From contig OW569350.1 in NCBI GenBank assembly GCA_937625935.1, forward strand, positions 248,001 to 312,000: a DNA stretch of 64,000 nucleotides, given 5' to 3'. The notes under the pieces are model-generated. The model had not been told where the DNA came from, searched no databases, and saw only the letters and a list, made by a program, of their open reading frames with translations. A program made the position numbers and the translations under genes. This stretch comes from Tetramitus jugosus. Taxonomy: Eukaryota > Protista > Heterolobosea. Positions 1-11,981 of this stretch are shown here, piece after piece; position 1 is the stretch's first letter; every line of letters starts with the position of its first letter.

Positions 1-34
1 CACACTGACAAACGTTCCATGCCGGCGCACTTGA

Positions 35-330
35 ATCCACAAACTCAAACACTCTAGTGGAGTACCAAAGGACGGCAAGAGGACGAGATATGTGGTTGAA
101 AAGACCCAATATTCAACACACTACACGATCAAGGTCGGTCTAAACTCTCTGTTTGCACATCATCCAACACTACTACCCACCATTCGAGAGAAGGCTCATG
201 AGATTACAATAATGGCCATTTGGCTCACAAGATTTGTCAATCTATTCGTCCTAAGGCACTTGGAAGGTATGTCAAAGTTCCTTCACTAAATCAAGCGTTT
301 CTTCAACGTATCGGTTCTGTGTTTCTTCTT
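35..330 (+). pseudogene. Possible Fanzor1 (eukaryotic TnpB-like) N-terminal remnant, frameshifted and truncated
   Basis: YTIKVGLNSLF..LLPTIREKAHEITIMAIWLTRFVNLFVLRHLEG continues after a frameshift as VPSLNQAFLQRIGSVF, resembling the Fanzor1 N-terminal pattern as I recall it. In-frame stop at 32-34; no RuvC region visible. Confidence 0.35.
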
Positions 331-1056
331 TTAAATATTGCCCTGGACGGCGTTCCCTTTTCCTCAAGTGAGCTGTAGATAATTCCATATCTAGTTCGGC
401 GGAGAATTTGACCAGTCACGAACAATTTTACAAAACGCGATGTCTATCGGTTTCGCTCATCAACGGGCGAGAGCACCAAAAAACGAAGTATTCATGAATG
501 CAATGTCGAGGCATTCTTCATGATAGTAACATCCCTACCGTCTTTTTGTGACAAAGAAACGGGAGTTGCTGGATGATTTGTGGGTTGACCATTCAATCAC
601 ACGAGTTGCTTCAGATGTGATTATTGAGGACTCCTCTTCTTGCCCAAAGATGTGTTCATGAATTTCGACCTATTTCTCTTTATTTGTGGGCACCTGTGTG
701 TGAGTGTCGCCCCTTCCCCCTACAAGACAGTAAATTAGTCATCACCAATCAAAAAACAATCGTTTTGTGCAACAAAAATTTTCTCGCCTCAGCAACAACA
801 ATTGAGAAAAACATAAACCACGCACAAAAACCCCACACACCACACACCCCCAAAACTACACACAACAAACGCAAAAAACAAAAAATCATTTTTTTTCTGC
901 TCGCACCAACATTACACACTGTTAGGCAGACATTTTTATTGATTTATTTCGAAACGCGCACATACAACCAAACGACTACTACTACTACTGGACAACCTAT
1001 TACTACACAACCTACACAACACACCTTGTACAAACAAATACCCCCTTTTTTAAAAA

Positions 1057-3271
1057 ATGTCAAAAGGACCTCATGACTGGAAATTTCAACAAGTGTTTGG
1101 AGACACAAAAAGCGAAGAAGCTGTTGATGCTGATATAATCTCTGCTGTCGAGTTTGATCAAACTGGTAATTATTTGGCGATTGGTGACCGTGGTGGAAGA
1201 GTTGTGATTCTGGAACGAAATAAGAGCAAGGTGTGTATCACTATCATCATGTTGATTTTTCACATTTTTTCACATTTTCATGCAAGCAGTTGACTCACCA
1301 ATCATTTTGTTTTTTGTCTCTATGTTGTTGTCTACCACTACGACTCGATTCTCTTTGAATGATGATGCAAAAAATATCAACACACATACAGAGAGGTGCT
1401 GAATACAGAGTCATGACAGAATTTCAGAGTCATGAACCAGAGTTTGACTACTTGAAGAGTTTGGAAATTGAAGAAAAGATTAACAAGATTAAGTGGTGTC
1501 ATCCAACTGGTTCAAACAATCACTTTTTGCTCACATCAAATGGTATGAATGAGAAAAGCTTTCTTCATGTTTGATGATCATTTCACAAACAAACATTTTT
1601 TACTAACAACAACCTCAACAACAACCATATCAAACCAACAATTTTTAGACAAGACTATCAAATTGTGGAAAGTGTACGAAAAGCAAGTGAAAAAGGTGTC
1701 TGGAATGAATTTGAATGGCACTCTCAAGAATGCATCCGGTATGAAGGAACTCAAAGTTCCAAGAGTAGCAAAGGGTGACAGAGTCATTGCCCATGTACCA
1801 AAGAAGGTCTATGGCAGTGCTCATGCCTATCACATTAACTCTATCTCACTCAACAGTGATGGTGAAACATTTATCTCTGCAGATGATCTGAGGATAAATA
1901 TGTGGCACGTGGACCACACAAGGGACAGTCACAGTATGTATAGTAGTTGTTTGTTTTTTACTCCACGAGTTTTTTTTGACGTTTTTTTTTGTTGTTGTTG
2001 TTGTGAATGTACATGATGGATTTCTCACACACACCATTTATTGGCGACTTTTCTTCTTCAACAAACAGCGATTGTGGATATTAAGCCACCAAATATGGAG
2101 GACTTGTCTGAGGTCATCACCTCAGCTTCTTTCCATCCAATTCAATGTAACACATTCATGTACAGCAGTAGCAAAGGCACCATTAAACTTGGTGATCTAC
2201 GGCAATCATCCACCTGCAGTAGCTTCAATAAGAGTATGTGTTTTTTTTGCATTCGTTCATGTGTGTGTTTTTGGTAGAGTCTGCTTTGGAGAGACGGTGG
2301 GATCATTTGTGCGCACAGAGAGAGAAGGAGGGGTATTTGTGAGGTTGAATTGCGAAGGTTTTGGAGGGAGAACACATGATGACTCTTTTTATCCTTACAC
2401 TCCGATTGCTGTGCTATTTGTTCTTTGCTCTCAATTTTGAGAGTGGAGCGCACACATGCATGACGATGAAAATGATTGACCCTGTTGTGTGTATATTACA
2501 ACAACAATATATTCTCTGACTGAAGTGTGTGTGTTGCTTGCTTTCCACACCTCTCTCAATCAACACACTTTATCGAACCTTCTCTTGAGCAGCTGCTAAA
2601 GATGCTCTCTGTTATGTGGCCATCAAACAAACAGACAACTCAACGCATTCTTATTCTTGTTTGCTTCAAAATCTTCATTTATGCTCACACTCCAATCTTC
2701 CTGCAATTTTCACTTGTTTTCCTGATCAATCGTAGCCTTTGAAGTAGATGAGGATCCATCGACCAAGACCTTCTTCTCTGAGATTATTGCTTCTGTATCT
2801 GATGCCAAGTTCTCTCCTGATGGACGATTCATCCTGTCGAGAGACTATATGACACTAAAGATTTGGGATGTCAAGATGGAGAGACAACCTCTCAAGGTGC
2901 TCAATATTCATGAACCATTGAGAGCCAAGTTGTGCGAATTGTACGAGAATGATTGCATCTTTGACAAGTTTGAATGCAGTTTTAGTGGTTGTGGTAACTA
3001 TGCGCTCACTGGTTCCTACAAGAATCATTTGCACATCTTTGATCGTCAAGGCAAGTCTCACTCTCACATTGAAGCCTCCACTACGCCTTCATTGAAGAAG
3101 AAGACTCTGTCCAAGACTGGAATTTTGGGAAGAAAGAAGAAGAAGAGTGATGATGTGTTTGAGACTGCTGACTTCAACAAGAAGTGCTTGCACCTTGCAT
3201 GGCATCCAGAAGACCCAATCATTGCCGTGTCGTCAGTGAATAGTTTGTTCATTTTTGCCTCCATGAACTAG
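1057..3271 (+). CDS. PPP2R2/CDC55: Protein phosphatase 2A regulatory subunit B (B55/Cdc55), 5 exons (~1057-1230, 1392-1542, 1649-1933, 2069-2233, 2736-3271)
   Basis: Motifs [71 protein letters not shown]; GT-AG introns join the frames. Confidence 0.97.
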
Positions 3272-3774
3272 AGTAGCGCTGCAAGGGTTGCTAGTTTGGT
3301 GGCACAAGTATTTTATTATCACAATATTTTTCTATTATTGTTGTGGTTGTTGACCCAGTTGGCTCAACACTCTTGAGGACGCAACAACCCCTCTAGGTAG
3401 TGCAACCTGCAAATACTCAAATAGCTGCTTGCAAGTAGTCTTTTTCTCAGAAGATCTTGTAAATAATTCTAATGTGAACTAGCGAGTTGCTATAATACAA
3501 TAAACAAATACTCACGACTTTATTTACTCAAAAAGAAAGACCTGTCCTGTCTACAACAGCTGAGGAGAGACTTTTGGAGTCTGCAGGATGCTCCTGCATT
3601 TCTTTTGAAGGGAGGGAATATATCGCAAGATGCGAATATCCGACGATTGACACGACAATTAGATCCTGCTTCCCGCTTCTGTTCTGAGGGAAAAAGCTTT
3701 AAAAATTTTTTTCACTCTTGTGTGAGTTTTCTCATTAGCACAAAAAAACAAGACAACACAAACAAACAACAACC

Positions 3775-5972
3775 ATGTTGACCTATCTATTACTTGGCTT
3801 AACTGCCCTTTTCTTTATCTACTGGTTCTTGATTCGTGACAAGAACGGTGGTGATGACGATGACGACGATACTCTCTTTGCTGGTAAAAAGTATGTTTTT
3901 CATTCACTCATATCAATATGTGTGTGTGTGTGATCTTGATATCAAACCCACCATCCATTGGATCAAACAACAACTAACCACCACCACCACCTCTATCAAA
4001 CCACTTGATCATCAACAATCAACCATCAACAACAACCATGTATAATTTTTTTTAAAATAGAGATTTCAAAGAAGATGGCAGACCAAAGCTTCTCATTCTC
4101 TATGGCTCACAAACCGGTACAGCAGAAGAATTTGCTCAAACATTGGCAGAAGAGGCCAATGCACACGGTTTCAACTCTATTGCCATGGACATGATTGATT
4201 ATACACCTGAGGAGTTGTGCAATGAGCCATTTGTTGTCTTTATTCTTGCCACGTACGGTGAAGGTGAACCAACTGACAATGCTCGTGATTTCTATGATTG
4301 GATCAAGGACGATGAGCAGAGTTTGGATGAGAGTTCATTGAGTGGTGTCAAGTATGCAGTGTTTGGATTGGGAAATAAGCAATACAAGATTTATCAGGCA
4401 ATGAGTCGATATTTTGACAAGAGATGTGAAGAGTTGGGTGCAAAGAGAGTGTTCAAGGCTGGTGAAGGTGATGCCGATGATAATATTGAGGAGCATTTTG
4501 ATGATTGGAAGGCAAATGCGTTGATCAAGTTTTGTGAAGAGTTTGGAACCAATGCGGATGCAAGTGAACAGGCCATGTATGTTATGATTTGTTGTTATTA
4601 TGGTTTTTATTGTTGTTTTTTGATTGTTGTTGTTGTTGACTGACCGACTGACTGACCGATTGACTAACTTACACACAACAACAACAGTGAACCAAAGTAC
4701 AATTTGAATTATCATGGAGAGGACGATGGAACAGAAGCGTACATTACTGCTAGACACTTGGAGCCTGATTCCAAGAGTCCATTCTTGGCATCCATCTCGA
4801 CAAACAAACAACTCTTGGTCAATCACAATGTCAGAAGCACTGTTCATGTCGAATTTGATCTTAAGGGATCAAAGGTCAAGTATGAAGCAGGTGATCACCT
4901 GGCAATCTTGGCAGAGAACAAGGCTGAACTCGTTGATGCCTACATGCGAAGATTGAATGTGTTGGACAAGAGATCTCAAATCATTTCTCTGATGCACAAG
5001 GATGGCAAGAAGGGAAATCACTTCCCAAAGAAGACGACTCTGAGCAATGTGTTCACCTACTTTTTGGATCTTTCTTGCATGCCAAGAAAGAAGATGCTCA
5101 AGGCCTTCTCCATTTATGCGAGCGATGAGAACGAGAGCGAATATTTGAAGCTCTTGTCCGCCAATACTGTTGAAGGCAAGAATGAGTACAATCGTTTTGT
5201 TCACTCCGAGTGCAGAAACACTTTGGAAGTGTTGAATCATCTCTCATCGGTCAATGTTCCATTGGCTCACTTTTTGGAGTTGATGCCTCGATTGCAACCA
5301 AGATATTACTCGATTGCCTCATCGAGTCAAATTCACAATGACTCTGTTCACGTTGTCGTAGCTGTTGTGAGATACACTGTTAACAGAGGTGACTCCTCTG
5401 CTGTGCATAGACACGGAACAGCATCTTCCTATTTGGAGTCTCTGACACCAGGACGCAAGGCATTCATCTATGTCAGAAAATCTCATTTCCATTTGCCAAA
5501 GGATCCTATGACACCAGTGATTATGATTGGACCAGGAACCGGTATCGCACCATTTATTGGCTTTTTGCAACAGAGAAGAGCATTGAAGCAAGCTGGAAAA
5601 AAGTTGGGTGATGCTCACTTGTACTTTGGTTGCAGAACAAAGTCTGAAGATTTTATTTATGCAGATGACATGAGAAGTGCAGAAAAGGACGGTGTCATCT
5701 CTCAACTGCACGTTGCCTTCTCTCGAGAACAGGACAGCAAAGTCTATGTGCAACACTTGTTGGAGAAGAATGGTGAATCTGTGTGGGATATGCTAAGCCG
5801 TAAGGGTTATGTTTATATTTGTGGAGATGCAAAGTTTATGGCCAAGGGCGTGGAGCAAACACTGATCAACATTGTGCACAAGTATGGAGGTAAGGACATG
5901 GAAGAAGCAAAGAATTTTATTGAAAAGATGCAGACTGATGGCAAATATGAGAAGGATGTCTGGGCACCATAA
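3775..5972 (+). CDS. CPR/POR: NADPH-cytochrome P450 reductase, 3 exons (~3775-3890, 4061-4576, 4688-5972)
   Basis: N-terminal TM anchor; YGSQTGTAEEFA and ATYGEGEPTDNA (FMN), RYYSIASS (FAD), GPGTGIAPF, YICGDAK, C-terminal DVW. Confidence 0.96.
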
Positions 5973-6065
5973 GCACCAACAACCAGGAATAAAAACAACC
6001 AAAATCATTTTAACAGTTTACCAATACGCCGACATCCATGAGTTCAAACCTTGGAACAAAACAAA

Positions 6066-7517
6066 ATGTCACAAGACAAAATTGCTCGACCGCTGAATGT
6101 TTATGGTGCTGGAAACTCCCATTGCCATCAAACAGGGTTCAATCACGCGTACTATGAACAAATGGGCAACAAAAGTGAATATCTGACATTGTCAGACACC
6201 GGATCTGAAATTATAAAATCGTTTGCTCAGATGGTGCAATATGGTTCGTTTGGAACGGAATTTGCATCAGAGGACGATCTGTTTCAGCCAAATGAATACA
6301 TTGTCAATGTGTCCTGTGGTGAGGAGCATTCACTGTTTGTGACCAATCTTCGTCGTGTGTTCTGTTGTGGAGATAATTCGAATGGTAGTTGTGCAAGGGA
6401 GGCATCTCTAATTTCTGTTGTGAAGCAAGTGACATTGATACCAGAGCTGTCCCATTGTAATATTGTGGAGACAAAGTGTGGAAATATGCATTCGTTGTTC
6501 ATTAGTGAGGGATATGCGTGTGTGTATGCTTCTGGATATAATATCCATGGTGAGTGTGGATTGGCCACTGGATCAAGAAATATTTATGGTGTGGAAAAGA
6601 TGGAAAACATTGAAGGCAAAAGGTTGAAATGTGTTGCACCTGGCGCGTATCACACAGTGTTTGTCACGGTTGATAATTGTGTTTATACTTCGGGATACTG
6701 TGCGTTTGGATCTCTGGGTCAGGGTCATCCAAGTCAACATTGTCCACTTCCTGTCAAAGTGAACCATCCTGATCTGGCTAATGGATTGAAAGCGATCAAG
6801 AATGTATTCTGTGGCCAGTGGCATTCCATAGTGATTGCAGAGGATGGAACAGCTTACTCCTGGGGTTATAATCGTCTTGGTCAATGTGGCTTTTACTCTT
6901 CTTCTCCTGAAAATGTATTCAGTCCTGTCTTGGTGACTGGACTTCCTCCATGTGAGAGATTTGTTGATGCAAGGTGTGGCAGTTGTTTCACAGTGTTTCG
7001 AACAGAGTCAAACAATTTTTATGGTTGTGGAGAGAATTCTCATGGTGCTCTAGGACTTCCTACGACTGATCAACTCTTAATCATCACTAAGATTCCTCTT
7101 TCAATTGGAACTGTGCTCGACTACAGCTGTGGAACAAATTTCACAGTGTTTACAACGAAAGAAGGAGGTGCATACACATGCGGTTATAGAAAGTTTGTAC
7201 TTTAGCTATTTTATTCTGTTTGATGTCTTGGTAAGCTCACTCACTAAGCTCACACAAAATGTATTTTTCACCATAGTTCGGGAGAACGAGAAAGCATCTT
7301 TCAATTTGAAGATGACGACAGCTTGTTTGCTGAAATAGGTTTGCCCTGGGTTTCTCAAGATGAGATACATCGTGAACTACGTGTGGCATGCGGCCAAACA
7401 GGTTCACACATCATGTTGTACACTCTGCCCAAGATTCATTCCATCTTCTCTAAAAAGTTGTTTGCTGTTCAACAAAAGGGCCTTCTATGTGATATCACGG
7501 TTGTATTCGAGGAATAA
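6066..7517 (+). CDS. RCC1/BLIP-II repeat protein (one intron near 7190-7275)
   Basis: Repeated RCC1 units (VSCGEEHSLF, GYNIHGECG, WGYNRLGQCG, CGTNFTVF); a second exon ends LLCDITVVFEE. Confidence 0.85.
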
Positions 7518-7808
7518 AACTAGGTTTAAACTCCAGTTCATGTGTTACTCCACTAAAAATCTGACCACCCATTCTGCGTGCAAGGAGGCGTCCCAGGAAG
7601 CATTTTGCGCACAGGGATGACCAAATCTGCCTGGAGTGTAAATTGCTGTGTGTTTCCTTGTGATGACGCCTCCACCCTCGAGACTGTAGTTTCTCTTGCA
7701 TTAGGTCGTAGTTCCCAATGACGACACAATAAATGTGGTTTGAACGAAGAATCGAGACAAAAAAATTTCAAACAAATCAAAGGCAAGATCTTTGCCAGCT
7801 GGGTGAGC

Positions 7809-8531
7809 ATGATGATCAGAAGAGCACTACGCCAACCATGTGCTTTTGCATTCAAAGATGTAGTATTCCCTAGGAAGATCAGTAACACACAGAGCTATAG
7901 TACCAAGCCAAAGCCCAAGATTGCTGTATCTGTTGTTTTGTTTCATGTGCCAGATAACAAAAAGTCAGGACACCAAGGAGAAGATTTGAGTGTACTACTC
8001 ATTAAGAGAGGAAATCCACCGGCTCAAGGTTTGTGGAGCTTGCCAGGTGGAAAGATGGAAACCGGTGAAACCATTTTCGAATGTGGCGTGAGAGAGTTGT
8101 GGGAGGAGACTGGAATACGAGAGAATAGTGTTGAATTGGCGAAGAATCCCTTTACGGTTGCCGAATTTGTGAACAGTGAATACCATTATATTATTCTCGA
8201 GTTGTTTGGAATCATTAGGAGTCGTGAGTTAAGCAGTATAGACTTGAGATCGGGTGATGATGCCAGTGGGATTGGATGGTGTCCCGTCTCACTGTTTGAT
8301 CATCACTGTCATCACTTGTTGCCCAGGGAGGGTGTTGTAGATGCTACATATCATGATTTTCCATTTGTTGATCCAGAGAGTGCATCAATGGAGGGTGCAC
8401 CAATCGTTCCTCAACTCTTGGCAAACGAAAGATACAATGGAAGCATCTTGCCAGTGATTAACTTGGCCAGGAAAATGTTTCATGCTGGCTTGTTCGAGTT
8501 CGATGCGAAGAAACCCATCCAGGATACATAA
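7809..8531 (+). CDS. Nudix hydrolase (ADP-ribose pyrophosphatase/MutT-like)
   Basis: Nudix box WSLPGGKMETGETIFECGVRELWEETGI; GDDA motif. Confidence 0.9.
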   Translation: MMIRRALRQPCAFAFKDVVFPRKISNTQSYSTKPKPKIAVSVVLFHVPDNKKSGHQGEDLSVLLIKRGNPPAQGLWSLPGGKMETGETIFECGVRELWEETGIRENSVELAKNPFTVAEFVNSEYHYIILELFGIIRSRELSSIDLRSGDDASGIGWCPVSLFDHHCHHLLPREGVVDATYHDFPFVDPESASMEGAPIVPQLLANERYNGSILPVINLARKMFHAGLFEFDAKKPIQDT

Positions 8532-8538
8532 ATCTCTT

Positions 8539-11500
8539 TTATTGTGAAGTGATGGCCTTGCCTCCACAAAAGATGTCATATATATTCTGCATCCTCCTCT
8601 GCTCACTCTCGTTCAGGCCATTCTTCACGACAGCCAACACGTTCTCTGTCATCCGACTGTGCATGGCAGATGTATACTTCAGCAAGCGATAGAAAATGGA
8701 CTGTTCTGGCTGTTCTTCATTGGTTGCAAGAAAACAACTAGCTTCCCACGCCGTTGACCATAGTGTCGTTAGTGTGTATGCTGCTGGCAGTTTTAGCAGA
8801 TCGAACAAGTTAAATCCAATCTGGAGACACTCATATAACACCGTGTCCGATCTATCTCTGTTTTCTAATTCGATAGAGCGAGTTGTGCAAGTAATACACA
8901 GTTCCATAATGAGTGACGCACAATCCAAAGTATTTGAGAACGCACAGTTTAACTTTTCTTCCAACTGTTTCCTGGAACGAATGAACGTGAGAGTCTGAGC
9001 TGCAGTTAAAGTAGTGCTGGTATCATCACCTGCGAGACCTACAAGCTTTAGGATAGAAAAGAAGGAGGTATCTTTGGATATTTTGCCCCAATGCAGAAGT
9101 GGAGCAACAGCAGATAGCATATCGTTCCTCTCCACGGCAAACATCCACTTCAAGTCTGAGCGATTTCGCACCAGGTGTGCTATATATTCTGGGTAGCTTT
9201 GCACAAATTGTGGGGCAAGTAATAGCTCGAATCTCTCGTGAGTCTCAAAATAATGAAGAATTTGGTGCATTAGCTCTGGGTTTTCCTGAGTATCAGTCGT
9301 AAATTCTTTCAATTTGGTGAACCCTTCTTGATCATAGAGCTCAAAGCACCAATGTGCAAGACGAGCCATATCCTTGTATTTTTTAGCCAGCAAAAGTACT
9401 TTTTCTCTCCAATTAGATTCTTTGGATGCAGTTCCTAGGAGGTTGATTACTTGACATCTTGTGTCGTCGAGTTTCTGCTTGTCGGTCACCTCAGCTAAAT
9501 TGTACTTCGAGTCGAGGTAGAAGTCAGCAATGTTAAACATGTGGGGATAAAGATTGTCCCATGGATTACTCAAAATTTCTGAACGTGTGATATCGAACTG
9601 ATCCCATAAAATACTGGAGAACCTTGTGCCCCAGTTTTGTCCAATCCCAAATCGATTCGTCATATGCACTCTGTGTTTCATAATAGTCTCTCTCATATCA
9701 GTTAAAAGGGAAGAGATAGTAGATATGTACTCATAGACTCCATCAGCACTTATCGAAAAAATTTTACACTTCTCCATCGCCACTAACTCTTCGTACACTT
9801 CCAAAACAAGTGAAGCGTCTGAGAAGAACAATTCGTTGTTCTTCACTTCACATACTCTATTATATTCTCGTTTTTCTTCACACTTACTGATTGCTTGTTG
9901 CACTAATTCACATTCACATTGTTCAATCAAGCTCAGGCAAATGAACAAACATTCACTATCATGTAGTATCTCTACTTCTTGTTTAGGTGAAAGAATATTC
10001 CAAATCTTAATTCCTGTTTCAGAATGCTTCTCTCTGTGCAACATGCCGAAGAAAAATTCATGAAGCTTTTGCTTCCTTGCGAGTCCTCCTTTGACGTCAT
10101 TTGAGCTGACCTTAGCATTGGATATCATCTTGCTTGTTTTAACCAAAGTTTCTGCAGAAACATTCAAACCAAATGGCAATGTCGAATCATCACTTCTCCT
10201 ATTCATTTCACAATGTTCTACGAGTCGCAATAATTCGTGGGCGTTGATCTCTTTGAACCCAGCATTGATCTCTAAAATCGATTGAGGAGTGTTGTCTGCT
10301 TGAATATTCATAATGAGCACACCAAGTTCCGAATGTAGTATGTACAACAATTGATTCTCTCCAAACTCTTGATTGAGTTTCATTTTCAATACACCCAGTC
10401 CTAAAATATTGGAATTAGAAAGAGAGCATGTTTTTGGCGCACACTCCCATACTTCTTTCTCATCTTGTCGCAACCAAACAAATCGATTCCTCCACAACAC
10501 AAACAAAATTGGTGTGTCGTTCGAAAGAGCACATAGAATGCGCACCCTTCCCTCATTATGTCGGCTTGTTGTATTCAATTGAACAAAGGATACTATAGGT
10601 TGTCTACTCGAAGTTGAATTAATCACCCAAACATGATACAGGATGGGATCTTTTGCATTACTGTATGACCTGGAAGCAGTTACTAAATAAATAATGTTGT
10701 GATAGTGCTCTCTTGAATCGTTAGTCGCATCCAACAACCACACAATTTGTTCCTTTCTATAATGACGAGACAGTGTTTGTCTAATAAGTTCCTGGGCATT
10801 GAGATGCCAATGAGGGATGTCATCATCATTCAATAGGGAGTGCTCTCTGACAGATGTGTCAGTCAAAGAAATAACAGAGAATTCGCTATCGGACGAGGGC
10901 AAAAGGGCTACGCAATGCTCTCTCTTGGCCTCTGATCGAAAGGGCATCCAAGATGCAATCGACGTCCACAAACTCGTCTCTCGCTTGTCTATCGATTCAT
11001 CAAATATCGTCGTACTCTTCACAGTTTTCTCCCATGGACAAACGCTCAATTTATCTACTCTTCTTCCATCTGCAGTCGCCACATATGCACTCATGTGCGC
11101 TTCATCGACATGGATTTTAACAAACAGATTATTCTCATCAATCATTGTTCCATTCACCTGATTTTCACCATCATGATGAATCTCCTTCAAATGATGACTC
11201 ACAAACTCTAATGAATCTCCATTCTCACTACCAATATCAATCGATGGCCAATACCGCACACATCCATCACAATTCACAGCCAACACACTCACACACTGTG
11301 ATCCTTGACCTATCGAAAGCTCTGAACGAAAAATGGCAATCAACGGACAATAGGTCACGCCTTGTTTCACACTCACTCCAAAATGGAGTGTCACCACAGG
11401 AGTTCTCTCATCATTCTTCACCTTTGACATCTTCTTATTGATCCGGTCCACGACTGACCAAACATAAATTTCATTGCCCTTCTGAACATAGGCATAACCT

Positions 11501-11700
11501 GATCTTGTGAACACGTGACCTGAAGGTGATTTACCACTCGAGTTTGGAACATGGTCGTCGTCGCACAAGGGATCCATTGCTGTATCACTCTCAAGCAGGG
11601 AAGAGTGATTGTAGAGTGCAAGACGCACAGTGGAGGGAAGCGAGGAGAGACATGCAAAATGGTCAATGCTGTGGTTATTGCTTTTGTTGGTTGATCTCAT
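8539..11700 (-). CDS. NUP133: Nucleoporin Nup133-like
   Basis: ~1050-aa ORF; N-terminal SGYAYVQKGNEIYVW and GCVRYWPSI resemble Nup133 beta-propeller motifs; helical C-terminal half (LAKKYKDM..L). Confidence 0.7.
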   Translation of the reverse strand: MRSTNKSNNHSIDHFACLSSLPSTVRLALYNHSSLLESDTAMDPLCDDDHVPNSSGKSPSGHVFTRSGYAYVQKGNEIYVWSVVDRINKKMSKVKNDERTPVVTLHFGVSVKQGVTYCPLIAIFRSELSIGQGSQCVSVLAVNCDGCVRYWPSIDIGSENGDSLEFVSHHLKEIHHDGENQVNGTMIDENNLFVKIHVDEAHMSAYVATADGRRVDKLSVCPWEKTVKSTTIFDESIDKRETSLWTSIASWMPFRSEAKREHCVALLPSSDSEFSVISLTDTSVREHSLLNDDDIPHWHLNAQELIRQTLSRHYRKEQIVWLLDATNDSREHYHNIIYLVTASRSYSNAKDPILYHVWVINSTSSRQPIVSFVQLNTTSRHNEGRVRILCALSNDTPILFVLWRNRFVWLRQDEKEVWECAPKTCSLSNSNILGLGVLKMKLNQEFGENQLLYILHSELGVLIMNIQADNTPQSILEINAGFKEINAHELLRLVEHCEMNRRSDDSTLPFGLNVSAETLVKTSKMISNAKVSSNDVKGGLARKQKLHEFFFGMLHREKHSETGIKIWNILSPKQEVEILHDSECLFICLSLIEQCECELVQQAISKCEEKREYNRVCEVKNNELFFSDASLVLEVYEELVAMEKCKIFSISADGVYEYISTISSLLTDMRETIMKHRVHMTNRFGIGQNWGTRFSSILWDQFDITRSEILSNPWDNLYPHMFNIADFYLDSKYNLAEVTDKQKLDDTRCQVINLLGTASKESNWREKVLLLAKKYKDMARLAHWCFELYDQEGFTKLKEFTTDTQENPELMHQILHYFETHERFELLLAPQFVQSYPEYIAHLVRNRSDLKWMFAVERNDMLSAVAPLLHWGKISKDTSFFSILKLVGLAGDDTSTTLTAAQTLTFIRSRKQLEEKLNCAFSNTLDCASLIMELCITCTTRSIELENRDRSDTVLYECLQIGFNLFDLLKLPAAYTLTTLWSTAWEASCFLATNEEQPEQSIFYRLLKYTSAMHSRMTENVLAVVKNGLNESEQRRMQNIYDIFCGGKAITSQ

Positions 11701-11981
11701 GTCTTTTGTGTTGGGTGGCTTTTTTCGATGGTCCTCACCTCGTTCATTCAACAGCTGACTGTGGTTGTGTTTTGCAAGTGATCACTCAAGAGAAAAAAAT
11801 GCAAAAAACTTTAGCTTGGAGCGGAGATTATGTTTGGTTCTGGGCCAGTCTGTAAGGCCTTCTCTGAAGACTGGTTTTGAAGAGAGCTCACTGGGTGAGA
11901 GATAGTGGGAATATTGTGAAATGGGCGTTCGCTCATCTACAGAACGCACAAAAAACAGATCAAAAAAGACACATTGAACAC

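Noticed and set aside
4638-4668. GACTGACC-like tandem repeats
   Set aside because: Short intronic microsatellite next to a CTAAC branch point; not a CRISPR or functional array.
7617-7665. SECIS-like ATGA..AAA..TGAT
   Set aside because: Spacing too long for SECIS helix II, and no in-frame TGA in the upstream gene.
7712-7723. TTCCCAATGACG identical to part of the retroelement 3' UTR
   Set aside because: Isolated 12-mer without the rest of the hairpin or tail; compatible with chance.
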